Assembly: GCA_964617995.1 (NCBI GenBank)
Contig: CAZTXD010000003.1
Span: 18,470-70,564 of the forward strand
Source of the DNA: an uncultured Acidimicrobiaceae bacterium
GTDB taxonomy: Bacteria; Actinomycetota; Acidimicrobiia; Spongiisociales; ZC4RG35
Reading direction: 5' to 3'
DNA length: 52,095 nt
The stretch's first letter is position 1, and each line of letters begins with the position of its first letter. The position numbers and the translations under genes are program-made. The notes beneath the pieces were generated by a model. That model searched no databases and was not told the origin of the DNA. It saw only the letters and a list, made by a program, of their open reading frames with translations. Below, one piece after another: positions 17,472 to 26,680 of the stretch.

Positions 17472-18602
17472 ATGCGGCTTCTCCGGGCGCTGAGTGCCGC
17501 CCTCCTCCTCGTGATCTCGCTCGCCCTGGTCGTCGGCGAGCACGGACCGGCGCGCGCTCAAGACGTCGAGGAGGCCGAGGAGAGCGCCGACGAGGCCCGC
17601 CGCCGCTCCGACGTCGCCGCCGGAATCGTCGATGACGCCGCCGAACGGCGCGCCGGGATCGAAGACGACCTGGCGGCGTCCTTGACTCGTCTCGGGGAGA
17701 TCAACGCCGAGCTCACGCGGGTGTCCATTCGTCTCGACGAGCTCCGTCACGCGCTGGCCATGGCCGATACCGACCTGGCGGGTCTGACCGAGGACCTGAA
17801 TCTCCAGGCGATCGATGCCTACATCCGGGCTGTGGCCGTGCCGGCGGCCGTGGTGGTCGGAACGGGTAACGCGGAGTCGGCGATCGTCGCCACCACGTCC
17901 CTCGACTCGGCCATCGGCTCCGACCAGGCGGAGATGGCCAACCTCACCGTCAAGCGGCGCGAGCTGGAGCGCCTCCGACAGGACTATTCGGTCGAGGAAG
18001 CGAGAGTGGCAGATCTGCGACGCGAGGCCGACGACGAAGCGGCCCACCTCGAGGAGTTGCTGGCGGAGGCGGACACCGATCTGGCGGAGGCCGCCGCCGC
18101 CGCCCGGGCAGCGGACGCGGAGTACCGCCAGGCACTGGACGCCGTCGACCTGGCGCGGGCCCGCCAGGAGGAGCAACGGCGCCAGGAGCAGCGGAGCACG
18201 ACCACGACGACCTCCCCGCCTCCGGCGACCACCACGACGACGGGAACTCCCGATACGACCACACCCCCACCCCCGCCGGTGACAGGAGGGGACTTCCCTC
18301 CCAAGGTGGAGCGGTGGCGCCCTCTGGTGGCGACCTACTTCCCGTCCGCGAGGGTGGACGACGCCCTGACCGTGCTTTCGTGTGAGAGCGGCGGCGATCC
18401 CAACGCCTACAACCCCTACAGCGGAGCCAGCGGCCTCTTCCAGTTCCTCCCATCGACCTGGGCGACGGTCAGCCCCCGGGCCGGGTTCGCGGGGGACAGC
18501 GTCTTCGACCCCGAGGCCAACATCGGCAGTGCCGCATGGCTCACCGACTATTACGAGTCGCGTGGATCACACCCCTGGGCGGCGTGGAACTGCCGGCCCT
18601 GA
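17472..18602 (+). CDS. Secreted coiled-coil protein with C-terminal lytic transglycosylase (SLT/Rpf-like) domain
   Basis: The signal peptide is MRLLRALSAALLLVISLALVV. About 230 aa are Ala/Glu/Arg/Leu-rich, followed by a TTTTTSPPPATTTTTGTPDTTTPPPPP linker. The C-terminal catalytic-type motif is CESGGDPNAYNPYSGASGLFQFLPSTW. Confidence 0.8.
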   Translation: MRLLRALSAALLLVISLALVVGEHGPARAQDVEEAEESADEARRRSDVAAGIVDDAAERRAGIEDDLAASLTRLGEINAELTRVSIRLDELRHALAMADTDLAGLTEDLNLQAIDAYIRAVAVPAAVVVGTGNAESAIVATTSLDSAIGSDQAEMANLTVKRRELERLRQDYSVEEARVADLRREADDEAAHLEELLAEADTDLAEAAAAARAADAEYRQALDAVDLARARQEEQRRQEQRSTTTTTSPPPATTTTTGTPDTTTPPPPPVTGGDFPPKVERWRPLVATYFPSARVDDALTVLSCESGGDPNAYNPYSGASGLFQFLPSTWATVSPRAGFAGDSVFDPEANIGSAAWLTDYYESRGSHPWAAWNCRP

Positions 18603-18628
18603 TCGGGGACCCCGAGGTCGCCGTCCAG

Positions 18629-19702
18629 TCATCCGGCGGTCAGGGCTCTGCCGCTGACCGGGTCGTAGATCCTCACCAGGGTGGGGCTGACGTACCAGTC
18701 GAGGCGTTCGCCGGGATGCACAACGAGAGTCGCGTCGACCTCCGCCACGAAACCGACACCCGGCTGGTCCCCCAAGCCGAACAGCACCCGTTGGGAGGCG
18801 CCGACCGTCTCGACCCTCCCCACCGTGGCCCGCAGCCTGCGATCGAAGGGTATCCCCTTGGCGGCGGGGACCAGATCGGACGGTCTGAGCCCGATCACGA
18901 CCCGCCGGCCCTCCACGAGACCGACGGGCACGGGATCGACCGACAGACGAGATCCTGCCACTACCAGCTTCCAGCCGTCGACGGCGGTGACGGAGGCAGG
19001 TACCCGATTCACTTCCCCGGTCAGGTCCGCCACCGCCAGGGAGATGGGTGCCCGGTGCACGGCCCGGGGAGGGCCCACCTGCGCGATTGTTCCGTTGTCG
19101 AGGGCGACCATCCGGTCGGCCCAGCGCATCGCGTCCGATGGGTCGTTGGTGGAGAGGACCACCGTGAGATCGGACCGCGACATCACTGCAGCCACCAGCC
19201 GGGAGCGTCGATGCGGGTCGGTGCCCACCATCGGCTCGTCCAGCAGGACCACCGACACTTCGGGGCGGACGACGGCGCGCGCCGCCGCCACCACCCGGCG
19301 CTGACCCGACGAGAGCGTCTTCGGGCGACGCGGAAGCAAACGGCGGATGGAGAACCTGCTCGCCACCGCTGCTACCACATGGTCGCGATCGGGGACGTCC
19401 TCGGTGACCCGGAGGGGGAAATCGAGGTTCCCCGAGACGTCCAGGTGCTCGTAGACCGTGTCGTCCTGGAACACCATCGTCACATCCCGTCGGGTACCCG
19501 AGGTGGGAGTGCCGCCGATGGCCACGGTTCCCTCGCTGGCCGTGTCGAGACCGGCGATGACCCTCAGCAGCGACGTCTTTCCAGACCCGGACGCACCCAC
19601 CAGGCAGACCTTCTCCCCCTCGTCCACCTCCAGGTCGACTCCCTCCAGGACGGTCGTCCCTCCCCTCACCACGCTGACACCGGAAAGGGATATGGAGCTC
19701 AT
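18629..19702 (-). CDS. MalK/MsiK-like ABC ATPase with regulatory C-terminal domain; degenerate signature and H-loop
   Basis: Walker A GASGSGKTS, Q-loop MVFQDD and Walker B VVLLDEP are intact. The signature reads LSSGQRR. The H-loop position reads LSTNDPSDAM where MalK-type proteins have VTHD..EAM. Confidence 0.8.
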   Translation of the reverse strand: MSSISLSGVSVVRGGTTVLEGVDLEVDEGEKVCLVGASGSGKTSLLRVIAGLDTASEGTVAIGGTPTSGTRRDVTMVFQDDTVYEHLDVSGNLDFPLRVTEDVPDRDHVVAAVASRFSIRRLLPRRPKTLSSGQRRVVAAARAVVRPEVSVVLLDEPMVGTDPHRRSRLVAAVMSRSDLTVVLSTNDPSDAMRWADRMVALDNGTIAQVGPPRAVHRAPISLAVADLTGEVNRVPASVTAVDGWKLVVAGSRLSVDPVPVGLVEGRRVVIGLRPSDLVPAAKGIPFDRRLRATVGRVETVGASQRVLFGLGDQPGVGFVAEVDATLVVHPGERLDWYVSPTLVRIYDPVSGRALTAG

Positions 19703-19725
19703 GGCGGCGTGAAGATGGGGATCTC

Positions 19726-21693
19726 GTGCTCGGACATTCCTCGCCTCCGGCGAGCCGACCCCCCTGCGGCTCGTGTTGCAGCAGGATTGTCTCCTGCTCC
19801 TTTCCCTCCGAGCCTACGCTGCCTGCGGTGCCCGGCCTCGTCCTAACTCCCACAGGTGCCGATGCCGCCTGGTTCGCCCCATCAGCCGAGACGGTGCAGG
19901 TATGCATCTTCGATCGGGACGGGATGGAAACCCGCCATGGCCTGCGCAAGGACTCCGAGGGCATGCACCGTGGGGAGATCGCGGGGGTGAGACACGGAGA
20001 CCGCTACGGCCTCCGTGTCCACGGCCCCTGGCAGCCGGAAGCGGGGATCTGGCACGACGAGGGACTCCTCCTCGTCGACCCATATGCCCGGGCCGTCTCC
20101 GGAGGGTTCGTCGACCACCCTTCTCTGCATCACGACGGGCCCCGCGGCGACACGGCGCCCTGGGTGCCCCGGGCGGTGGCCATCGAGTCCCCTCCCCCTC
20201 CCCGCCCGGGTCCCCGCGTCCCATGGGACGAGACGGTCATCTACGAGACCCACGTTCGGGGTCTGACGATGCGTCATCCGCACATACCACCCGGCCAGAG
20301 GGGCACCTACACGGCGGCTGCCTCCGATCCCGTCGTCGAGCATCTCCAGCGGATGGGGATCACCACCGTCGAGCTCCTGCCCGTCGCCCACCATGTCACC
20401 GAGCCATTCCTGCAATCGGCTGGACGCAGCAACTATTGGGGATACTCGACTCTGGCGTGGTTCGCTCCCCACTCCGGCTACGCCGCCGGCGACGACGGAC
20501 GCCAGGTGACCGAGTTCGCCGCCATGGTCGATGCGTTCCATGCCGCCGGGATCGAGGTCATATTGGACATGGTCTTCAACCACACCGCCGAGGGCGGCTT
20601 GTCGGGCCCCATACTGTCGATGAAAGGACTCGGCAACGCCGGTTGGTACCGGGTCGATGCCAACGGGCGCTATATCGACTGGACGGGAACCGGGAACACG
20701 GTCGACACGGCCGATCCCCGGGTCCGGACGGCGATCCTGGAGGCGCTCCGCTGGTGGTCGCAGAACCTGGGTGTCGACGGCTTCCGCTTCGACCTGGCCG
20801 TGACGCTCGGTCGGGACGGCGAGCAGTTCTCGCCCGAGAACCTGGGCTGGATCACCTCCGACCCGGCCCTGGCCTCCACGAAGCTGATCGCCGAGCCGTG
20901 GGATCTGGGACCGGGGGGCTACCGCCTGGGCGGCTTCGGACCCGGGTGGGCCGAGTGGAACGACCGCTTTCGCGACGACATTCGCGACGTGTGGCGAGGA
21001 CGGGGTGACGGCCCCGACCTCGCTCTCCGCATCGGCGGATCGCGGGACGTGTTCGGGTCCCGCCGCGCCACCTCCTCGGTCAACTTCGTCACCGCCCACG
21101 ACGGCTTCACGCTGCGGGATTTGGTCTCCTACGACGACAAGCACAACGAGGCGAACGGAGAGGACAACCTCGACGGTCACGACGACAACCGATCGTGGAA
21201 CTCGGGAGCTGAGGGCCCGACCGACGACGCCCATGTGCTGGAGGTCCGCCGTCGTCGCTCGGCTTCCCTGCTCACGACGCTGCTCCTGTCGGTCGGGGTG
21301 CCGATGCTGCTGGGAGGCGACGAGCTGGGTCACACCCAGGAGGGGAACAACAACGCCTACTCCCTCGACGGTCCCCTGACCTGGTACGACTGGTCGGCCG
21401 CTCCGTTCGTGGAACTCATCTCCCGGCTCGTGGAGCTGCGAGGGCGGTATCGACCGACGGGTGCAGGCGTTCATGCCGTGGACGGCTCCACGGCGATCGA
21501 GCTGGGAACCGGCGCCGATCGGCTAGTGGTGGCTGCGAACCCGTCAGCCGAGTCGGTTGATCTGCCCCTACCCGATGGGACCTGGCTGCTCGAGCTGGAC
21601 TCCACCGACGCGGCCGCATCCGGAGCCTGGTCGGGCACCGTCCCGGTCCCTGCCTGGACGGTCCGCGTCCTGGCTGCATCTCCGGCCGGTTGA
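19726..21693 (+). CDS. glgX: Glycogen debranching enzyme
   Basis: GH13 motifs are present: DMVFNHTAEG, GVDGFRFDLA, EPWD and FVTAHDGFTLRDLVSY, plus an N-terminal CBM48-like FAPSAETVQVCIF. The start is uncertain, either ATG 19726 or in-frame GTG 19828. Confidence 0.9.
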   Translation: MLGHSSPPASRPPCGSCCSRIVSCSFPSEPTLPAVPGLVLTPTGADAAWFAPSAETVQVCIFDRDGMETRHGLRKDSEGMHRGEIAGVRHGDRYGLRVHGPWQPEAGIWHDEGLLLVDPYARAVSGGFVDHPSLHHDGPRGDTAPWVPRAVAIESPPPPRPGPRVPWDETVIYETHVRGLTMRHPHIPPGQRGTYTAAASDPVVEHLQRMGITTVELLPVAHHVTEPFLQSAGRSNYWGYSTLAWFAPHSGYAAGDDGRQVTEFAAMVDAFHAAGIEVILDMVFNHTAEGGLSGPILSMKGLGNAGWYRVDANGRYIDWTGTGNTVDTADPRVRTAILEALRWWSQNLGVDGFRFDLAVTLGRDGEQFSPENLGWITSDPALASTKLIAEPWDLGPGGYRLGGFGPGWAEWNDRFRDDIRDVWRGRGDGPDLALRIGGSRDVFGSRRATSSVNFVTAHDGFTLRDLVSYDDKHNEANGEDNLDGHDDNRSWNSGAEGPTDDAHVLEVRRRRSASLLTTLLLSVGVPMLLGGDELGHTQEGNNNAYSLDGPLTWYDWSAAPFVELISRLVELRGRYRPTGAGVHAVDGSTAIELGTGADRLVVAANPSAESVDLPLPDGTWLLELDSTDAAASGAWSGTVPVPAWTVRVLAASPAG

Positions 21694-21707
21694 CGAATCG
21701 AGACCGT

Positions 21708-22940
21708 TCAGCCGACCACCTCGCCTTTGGCTACCGCTACGACACCGCCGGCGGATACGGTGAACCGCTCGGTGTCGAGCTCCGGCCCGACACCGAGCCG
21801 GGTGCCGGGGGGAACGTCGACGTTCTTGTCGATGATCACGTTCTTCAGCACCGCCCCCGAGCCCACCCGCACGTCGTCCATCAGTATCGCCCCATCGACT
21901 ACGGCCCCCGGCTCGATACGCACCCCCGGGGACACCACCGCTCGGCGTACGTAGGCACCGGACACGATGACCCCGTTCGACAGGATCGAGTCTGCGATGT
22001 CTCCCGCTCCGTGTTCGGCCACCGCCACGACCTTGGCCGGCGGGCTGGGCCGCATCGACGTGAAGATCGGCCACTGATCGTTGTAGAGACTGAAGACCGG
22101 ATCCGCCGAGACCAGGTCCATGTGGGCGTCGAAGTAGGAGTCGAGAGTCCCCACGTCTCGCCAGTAGCCGCGCTCCCGCTCTCCCACCCCCGGCACCTCG
22201 TTGAGGGTGAAGTCGTAACAGCCGGCCACTCCTTTGTCCACCAGTTTGGGGACCAGGTCACCTCCGACGTCGTGGCGGGAGCTGTCGTCGTCGGCGTCCT
22301 CGTGGACCTGCTCCAGCAACGCCTCGGTCGTGAAGACGTAGTTGCCCATCGAGGCCAGGGACGCGTCGGGGTCGTCGGGAGTGGCCGGGGGGTCGGTAGG
22401 CTTCTCCCAGAACCGGGCGATCCGGTTGCCGCCCGCCTCGAGCTCGATCACCCCGAAGGCGGATGCCTCCGAGCGGGGCACACGGATCCCGGCCACGGTT
22501 GCCCCGGCGCCGCTCTCGATGTGAGCCTGGAGCATCTGGGAGGGATCCATGCGGTAGATGTGGTCGGCCCCGAAGACGAAGATGTAGTCGGGTTGCTCGT
22601 CGGCGACGATGTTGAGGTTCTGGTAGATGGCATCGGCCGACCCCAGGAACCATCGCTGACCGACCCGCATCTGGGCCGGCACCGACGTCACGTAGTTCCC
22701 CAGGAGCGTCGACATCCTCCAGGTCCGGGACAGATGGACGTTGAGGCTGTGGCTCTTGTACTGGGTCAGGACCACTATCCGGCGATGACCGGCGTTGACG
22801 AGGTTGGAGAGGGCGAAGTCTATGAGCCGGTAGTGTCCCCCGAACGGGACGGCGGGCTTGGCCCGGTCTCGCGTCAAGGGCATCAGCCGGTTACCCGCCC
22901 CACCTGCCAGCACCATCGAGAGCACCTGGAAGCGGTTCAT
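21708..22940 (-). CDS. glgC: Glucose-1-phosphate adenylyltransferase
   Basis: [39 protein letters not shown]...[11 protein letters not shown] is present, with a C-terminal left-handed beta-helix region. Confidence 0.93.
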   Translation of the reverse strand: MNRFQVLSMVLAGGAGNRLMPLTRDRAKPAVPFGGHYRLIDFALSNLVNAGHRRIVVLTQYKSHSLNVHLSRTWRMSTLLGNYVTSVPAQMRVGQRWFLGSADAIYQNLNIVADEQPDYIFVFGADHIYRMDPSQMLQAHIESGAGATVAGIRVPRSEASAFGVIELEAGGNRIARFWEKPTDPPATPDDPDASLASMGNYVFTTEALLEQVHEDADDDSSRHDVGGDLVPKLVDKGVAGCYDFTLNEVPGVGERERGYWRDVGTLDSYFDAHMDLVSADPVFSLYNDQWPIFTSMRPSPPAKVVAVAEHGAGDIADSILSNGVIVSGAYVRRAVVSPGVRIEPGAVVDGAILMDDVRVGSGAVLKNVIIDKNVDVPPGTRLGVGPELDTERFTVSAGGVVAVAKGEVVG

Positions 22941-23036
22941 GTCGCTAGACCCGTGGCTGGCCGGGTTCCCGGATGACGGCTCTCAGGGGACACCCCGGGA
23001 GCGTAACCCCTGGAGGCCATGGACGGTGGATGTCGC

Positions 23037-23447
23037 TCAGGTTTGGTCGTCACCCACGAAGCGATGAGCCAGGACGCGGAGCATCGACACGGCGATCGAC
23101 GGTTCCGTGCGAATGAGCTCGGTGAGGTCGTTACGCCGGATCGCCACTGCCCTCAGATCGTCGGCGACACACACCCGCGCCGTGCGCGGAGTGTCCGCCA
23201 GCACCGACAGCTCACCCACGAACTCGCCCGGACCGAGTGTCACATGGTCCCCTCCGGGCAGGTCGACCCGTACGGACCCCTCCTCGATGACGAAGATGCC
23301 GGTTCCGGGCTGACCCCTCTCCATCAGAACATGACCGCTCGGCGCGTCGAACTCGTTGGCAATGGCGGCAAGGCGTTCGAGGCCGGATTCGTCCAGGTCG
23401 GAAAAGAGAGGGACCTGGCGGAGACGGTCGACGTTTTCCCTGCTCAT
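23037..23447 (-). CDS. Stand-alone cyclic-nucleotide-binding domain protein
   Basis: VPLFSDLDESGLERLA..., and a phosphate-binding cassette FVGELSVLADTPRTARV (GEL....R[ST]A). At 136 aa it has no HTH or other output domain. Confidence 0.8.
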   Translation of the reverse strand: MSRENVDRLRQVPLFSDLDESGLERLAAIANEFDAPSGHVLMERGQPGTGIFVIEEGSVRVDLPGGDHVTLGPGEFVGELSVLADTPRTARVCVADDLRAVAIRRNDLTELIRTEPSIAVSMLRVLAHRFVGDDQT

Positions 23448-23480
23448 CGGTTTTCGCTTCTGCTCATCGCGACAGGCAGG

Positions 23481-24371
23481 CTAGTGGGCGCCGCCCGGAT
23501 CCGGATCACCGGTCGGACCCTTCCCGGTACCCCGGGTACCGAACCAGCGGCCCAGCCACCAGATGGCCGAGTTGGCCAGCAACCCCAGGAAGGCCCCCAC
23601 GATCACGATGAGCCGGAGCCAGGTCCGCACCGTCCCCAGATCCGACCGGGCGGTGGCGACCGACGACAGGGCAGTATCGATCGACTGCTGATAGTGGCCC
23701 AGGAGCCGGCGTGAGCCTTCGACGCTTTCGGCCAGGGCGGCCAGGTCCTCCCCGAGACCGGAGGCGGCGGCACCGAAGTCGTCCACCCCCGCCGCCACCT
23801 CCAACATACGGACTCCCTGGGCGCGAAGGCGCGGGGACATAGCCGCGATGCGGGCATCCACGTCGATCAGAGCCTCATCCATGGGCACCTCCGGGTCGTA
23901 GGGAACACCCAGGAACGAGAGCGCTCCGAGGACTCCGTCCACCACGTTGGCGGTGTCCACCACACCGTCGAGCGCTCGCCGGATCGCTTCGATGTCGCCG
24001 GGCAGATCCTCCGCCAGGAGGTCGGCGGTGTCCCGGACGGCGGCGGACACCTCTCCCACCATGCCTCCCATACCGTCGATCGAGGTTCCCAGTCTTTCGG
24101 ACGACTCGACCACCACCGAGAGGGTCTCTTCGGCGATCTCGAGCGTCTCGGTGACCGCTCCCAGACCCTCAGATGTGATCATGAGCGACTGATTCATGGT
24201 GTCCAGGCCGGAGTCGATCACGACCCATGCGCCGACGGCCACGACCGCGGTCGCCAGCGCCCCGACGGCTCCTCCCCATTCCCATGCTCGGACGAGCAAG
24301 CGCGGGGGTCCCGGTGACGAATGGGACGGCATGCACCCCCATTGTGGCTTTCCCTCATGCGAGCGCGGCAA
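23481..24371 (-). CDS. Hypothetical membrane protein with two terminal TM helices flanking a ~210-aa helical extracytoplasmic region
   Basis: TM1 is GGAVGALATAVVAVGAWVVI and TM2 is WLRLIVIVGAFLGLLANSAIWWLG. The central part is Ala/Asp/Glu/Leu/Val-rich and helical. I recognise no family. The start may instead be ATG 24332. Confidence 0.5.
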   Translation of the reverse strand: MPRSHEGKPQWGCMPSHSSPGPPRLLVRAWEWGGAVGALATAVVAVGAWVVIDSGLDTMNQSLMITSEGLGAVTETLEIAEETLSVVVESSERLGTSIDGMGGMVGEVSAAVRDTADLLAEDLPGDIEAIRRALDGVVDTANVVDGVLGALSFLGVPYDPEVPMDEALIDVDARIAAMSPRLRAQGVRMLEVAAGVDDFGAAASGLGEDLAALAESVEGSRRLLGHYQQSIDTALSSVATARSDLGTVRTWLRLIVIVGAFLGLLANSAIWWLGRWFGTRGTGKGPTGDPDPGGAH

Positions 24372-24409
24372 TCGTTCAAGACCTGAGCCGTATGTGACGA
24401 TCAGACACG

Positions 24410-26071
24410 GTGACCTCCACCACTCCTCCCATCTCTCACTCCTTCACGGGCGAGCTCGCCCTGGCGGACGAGCCCGTGGCCGTCTCCGTGGTGTTCGCGG
24501 AGGGATCCGTCCGTCTCCTCCTGGGCGGTGACACGGTGGGAACCTGGCCGGTCTCCGAGGTCAGATTCGTCCCCTCCGAATCCGGCTACGAGCTGCACGC
24601 CGAGGGCGACTCACTCCCCTTCGTCCCACACGATCGGGACGGCTTCGCCAGCTTCATGAGCGAAGGCCCTCCCGACCCCGAGGCGGGACGACCGCCCCTC
24701 GGAGCCCAAGAAGGGGGGGATGAGCCCGGTCACCGCCATGAAACGGCCCAGCCGCCCTCAGCCGACGAGGTCGGGCCACAGGCCGGACCGGAGGACCGAA
24801 ACGGCTTCTCCGACAGCCTCGAACCGGAATTCGTCGAGCCGGAGGAGGAGCGGGCGTCGCCTCTCGCTCCGGACGACGAAGCCGACGAGTTCTTCGCCGC
24901 CGGGTTGAACAGGCCCGGGACCGAGCCTCCCCCGTATCACTTACGGTCACCACTCCTCCAGCCGCCCCCGACGACGAACGACGGGGTGGATACTCCCGAC
25001 CCGGCGCCCGGCGATGCGTTCGCTGCGCCCAACGCGGGAGACGAGAAGCCCACCACCGATAACGGCGGTGCCGGGCCGAGATTCTTCATCGACGAGCAGT
25101 CGCCTTCGCCGCCGAACGGCAACGGAAACCGCCCGCCGGCCCCGGAACCGAACTCGCCGGGCCCGACCGGAGGCTATGCCCCCGAACCCGTCCCCTCGCT
25201 CCATGGAGACCCGCCCCCCGGAGTCGATGACGACGTCACCGGACCCTTCGATCAGGAGGAACGCTTCGACGACCACCCCGCCGACGGCGCAGCCGAGGTA
25301 GAGACCACCGGCGTGGACTCCGCCCGCCCGGGAAGGATCGCCCGGCTCCTCCAGGGGATGGCCCGGTCGGGGGAGACGGAAGACGAGGCCGACACCATCG
25401 GGGTCGGTGGCACCGACGCCGACGACGAGAAACCTCAGCCTCTGGACGATGCCGAGAACCTGCGACAATGGGGCCTCGTCGCCGCCGGGGGACTGGTGAT
25501 AATGGCGGTCGCCGTGATGGTCATCTGGGGCGTCGCCTCCATCCTCGGGAAAGGCAACGGTGACGTCGAGGAGAATGCCCCCGTGACAACGGTTGCCACT
25601 GTACCGCAGGAACAAGCGGCCGCTCCGGAGCCGACCACCCCACCCGTGGTGCCGACATCGGCCTCCCCCGAGAGCGTCGCCGCCGCGGCGGCATTCGTCG
25701 AAAGCTGGAACTCTCTGGCCTCCGAATACGCCAACCATCTGTCTATCTCAGCGGAGTCACTCCCCATCGCCACCGCCCCCGAGCCCACGATCCATCTCAC
25801 CTACGACCACGACGGGATCCTTCGCCTCAAGATGGCGCCGAAGGGCAACGGCAGGGACCGCAACATCCTGCTCTCCATGGGACTGGCCATCGCCTGGGCC
25901 GACCCCGACATCAGCCCCGAGGGACGAAAAGCCCTGCTGGCCGACCTGGGGGTCGACGTGGACGATCCGGTCCTCGGCGATATGGGAGGCGAGCTGACCA
26001 GGGGCGGCGTCACCTACCGCGCTTCGGTGGACGAGACGATCCTCAGCTTCGAGGTCGACCCGACCGGCTGA
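24410..26071 (+). CDS. Hypothetical single-pass membrane protein with a long Pro/Glu/Asp-rich disordered region
   Basis: An ~85-aa N-terminal globular segment is followed by ~280 aa of low-complexity Pro-rich sequence. The TM helix is WGLVAAGGLVIMAVAVMVIWGVASIL. A ~150-aa C-terminal domain follows. Codon usage is coherent, but no family was recognised. Confidence 0.5.
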   Translation: MTSTTPPISHSFTGELALADEPVAVSVVFAEGSVRLLLGGDTVGTWPVSEVRFVPSESGYELHAEGDSLPFVPHDRDGFASFMSEGPPDPEAGRPPLGAQEGGDEPGHRHETAQPPSADEVGPQAGPEDRNGFSDSLEPEFVEPEEERASPLAPDDEADEFFAAGLNRPGTEPPPYHLRSPLLQPPPTTNDGVDTPDPAPGDAFAAPNAGDEKPTTDNGGAGPRFFIDEQSPSPPNGNGNRPPAPEPNSPGPTGGYAPEPVPSLHGDPPPGVDDDVTGPFDQEERFDDHPADGAAEVETTGVDSARPGRIARLLQGMARSGETEDEADTIGVGGTDADDEKPQPLDDAENLRQWGLVAAGGLVIMAVAVMVIWGVASILGKGNGDVEENAPVTTVATVPQEQAAAPEPTTPPVVPTSASPESVAAAAAFVESWNSLASEYANHLSISAESLPIATAPEPTIHLTYDHDGILRLKMAPKGNGRDRNILLSMGLAIAWADPDISPEGRKALLADLGVDVDDPVLGDMGGELTRGGVTYRASVDETILSFEVDPTG

Positions 26072-26641
26072 TCAATCGATCTGATCGCCGAGCCACCCAT
26101 CCACCCGATCGAGCAGGTACTCGCTGACCTCCCGTGAACGGTCGAGGGCGTCGCAGAGCTGATCCCGTCCCATGAGCATGTCGACCAGCGACACCGAGGT
26201 GCTGCCTATCAGCGTCAACCTCCGATCGGGAGCGTCGGTGACCGCCCCGTAAGAGTCGATCGCCGACACCTCCACCGATAGGGCCATGCCCCCGATGCCT
26301 GCCAGGTCGGTCGCCAGCACCAGCAGATCGGGAGGGTGCGCCAGGGGGGGCACAGCCCAGTTGAAGAAGAGATTCAAGTGGAAGTCGTCGGGCGGCTCCT
26401 CCCAGTCGTCGGCCATCTCCTCGAGCTTGTCCTGCAACGCCAGCAGGACTCGGGGATCCACATCGAGGGCTAGGTGGAGGTCGAGGGGACGGCCGCAACC
26501 GCTCTCGGGATGCAGGTCGACCTCCCACGACTGGCGCAGGGAGTATGTCTCGACGATGTGCCTCTCGTCGTGGACATGGAAACCGTGATCTATGGCGTGT
26601 TCCTTGAGGTCCGTGACGAATCCGGCGATGTCAATTGCCAC
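26072..26641 (-). CDS. Hypothetical acidic cytoplasmic protein
   Basis: The 189-aa ORF has gene-like composition. It lies downstream of, and on the same strand as, the molybdoenzyme genes. Its stop abuts the convergent stop (TGATCA at 26069-26074). Confidence 0.45.
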   Translation of the reverse strand: MAIDIAGFVTDLKEHAIDHGFHVHDERHIVETYSLRQSWEVDLHPESGCGRPLDLHLALDVDPRVLLALQDKLEEMADDWEEPPDDFHLNLFFNWAVPPLAHPPDLLVLATDLAGIGGMALSVEVSAIDSYGAVTDAPDRRLTLIGSTSVSLVDMLMGRDQLCDALDRSREVSEYLLDRVDGWLGDQID

Positions 26642-26680
26642 AACCGCAGCCTACCGGCGGTCCGGGACTGGGACACGGGG

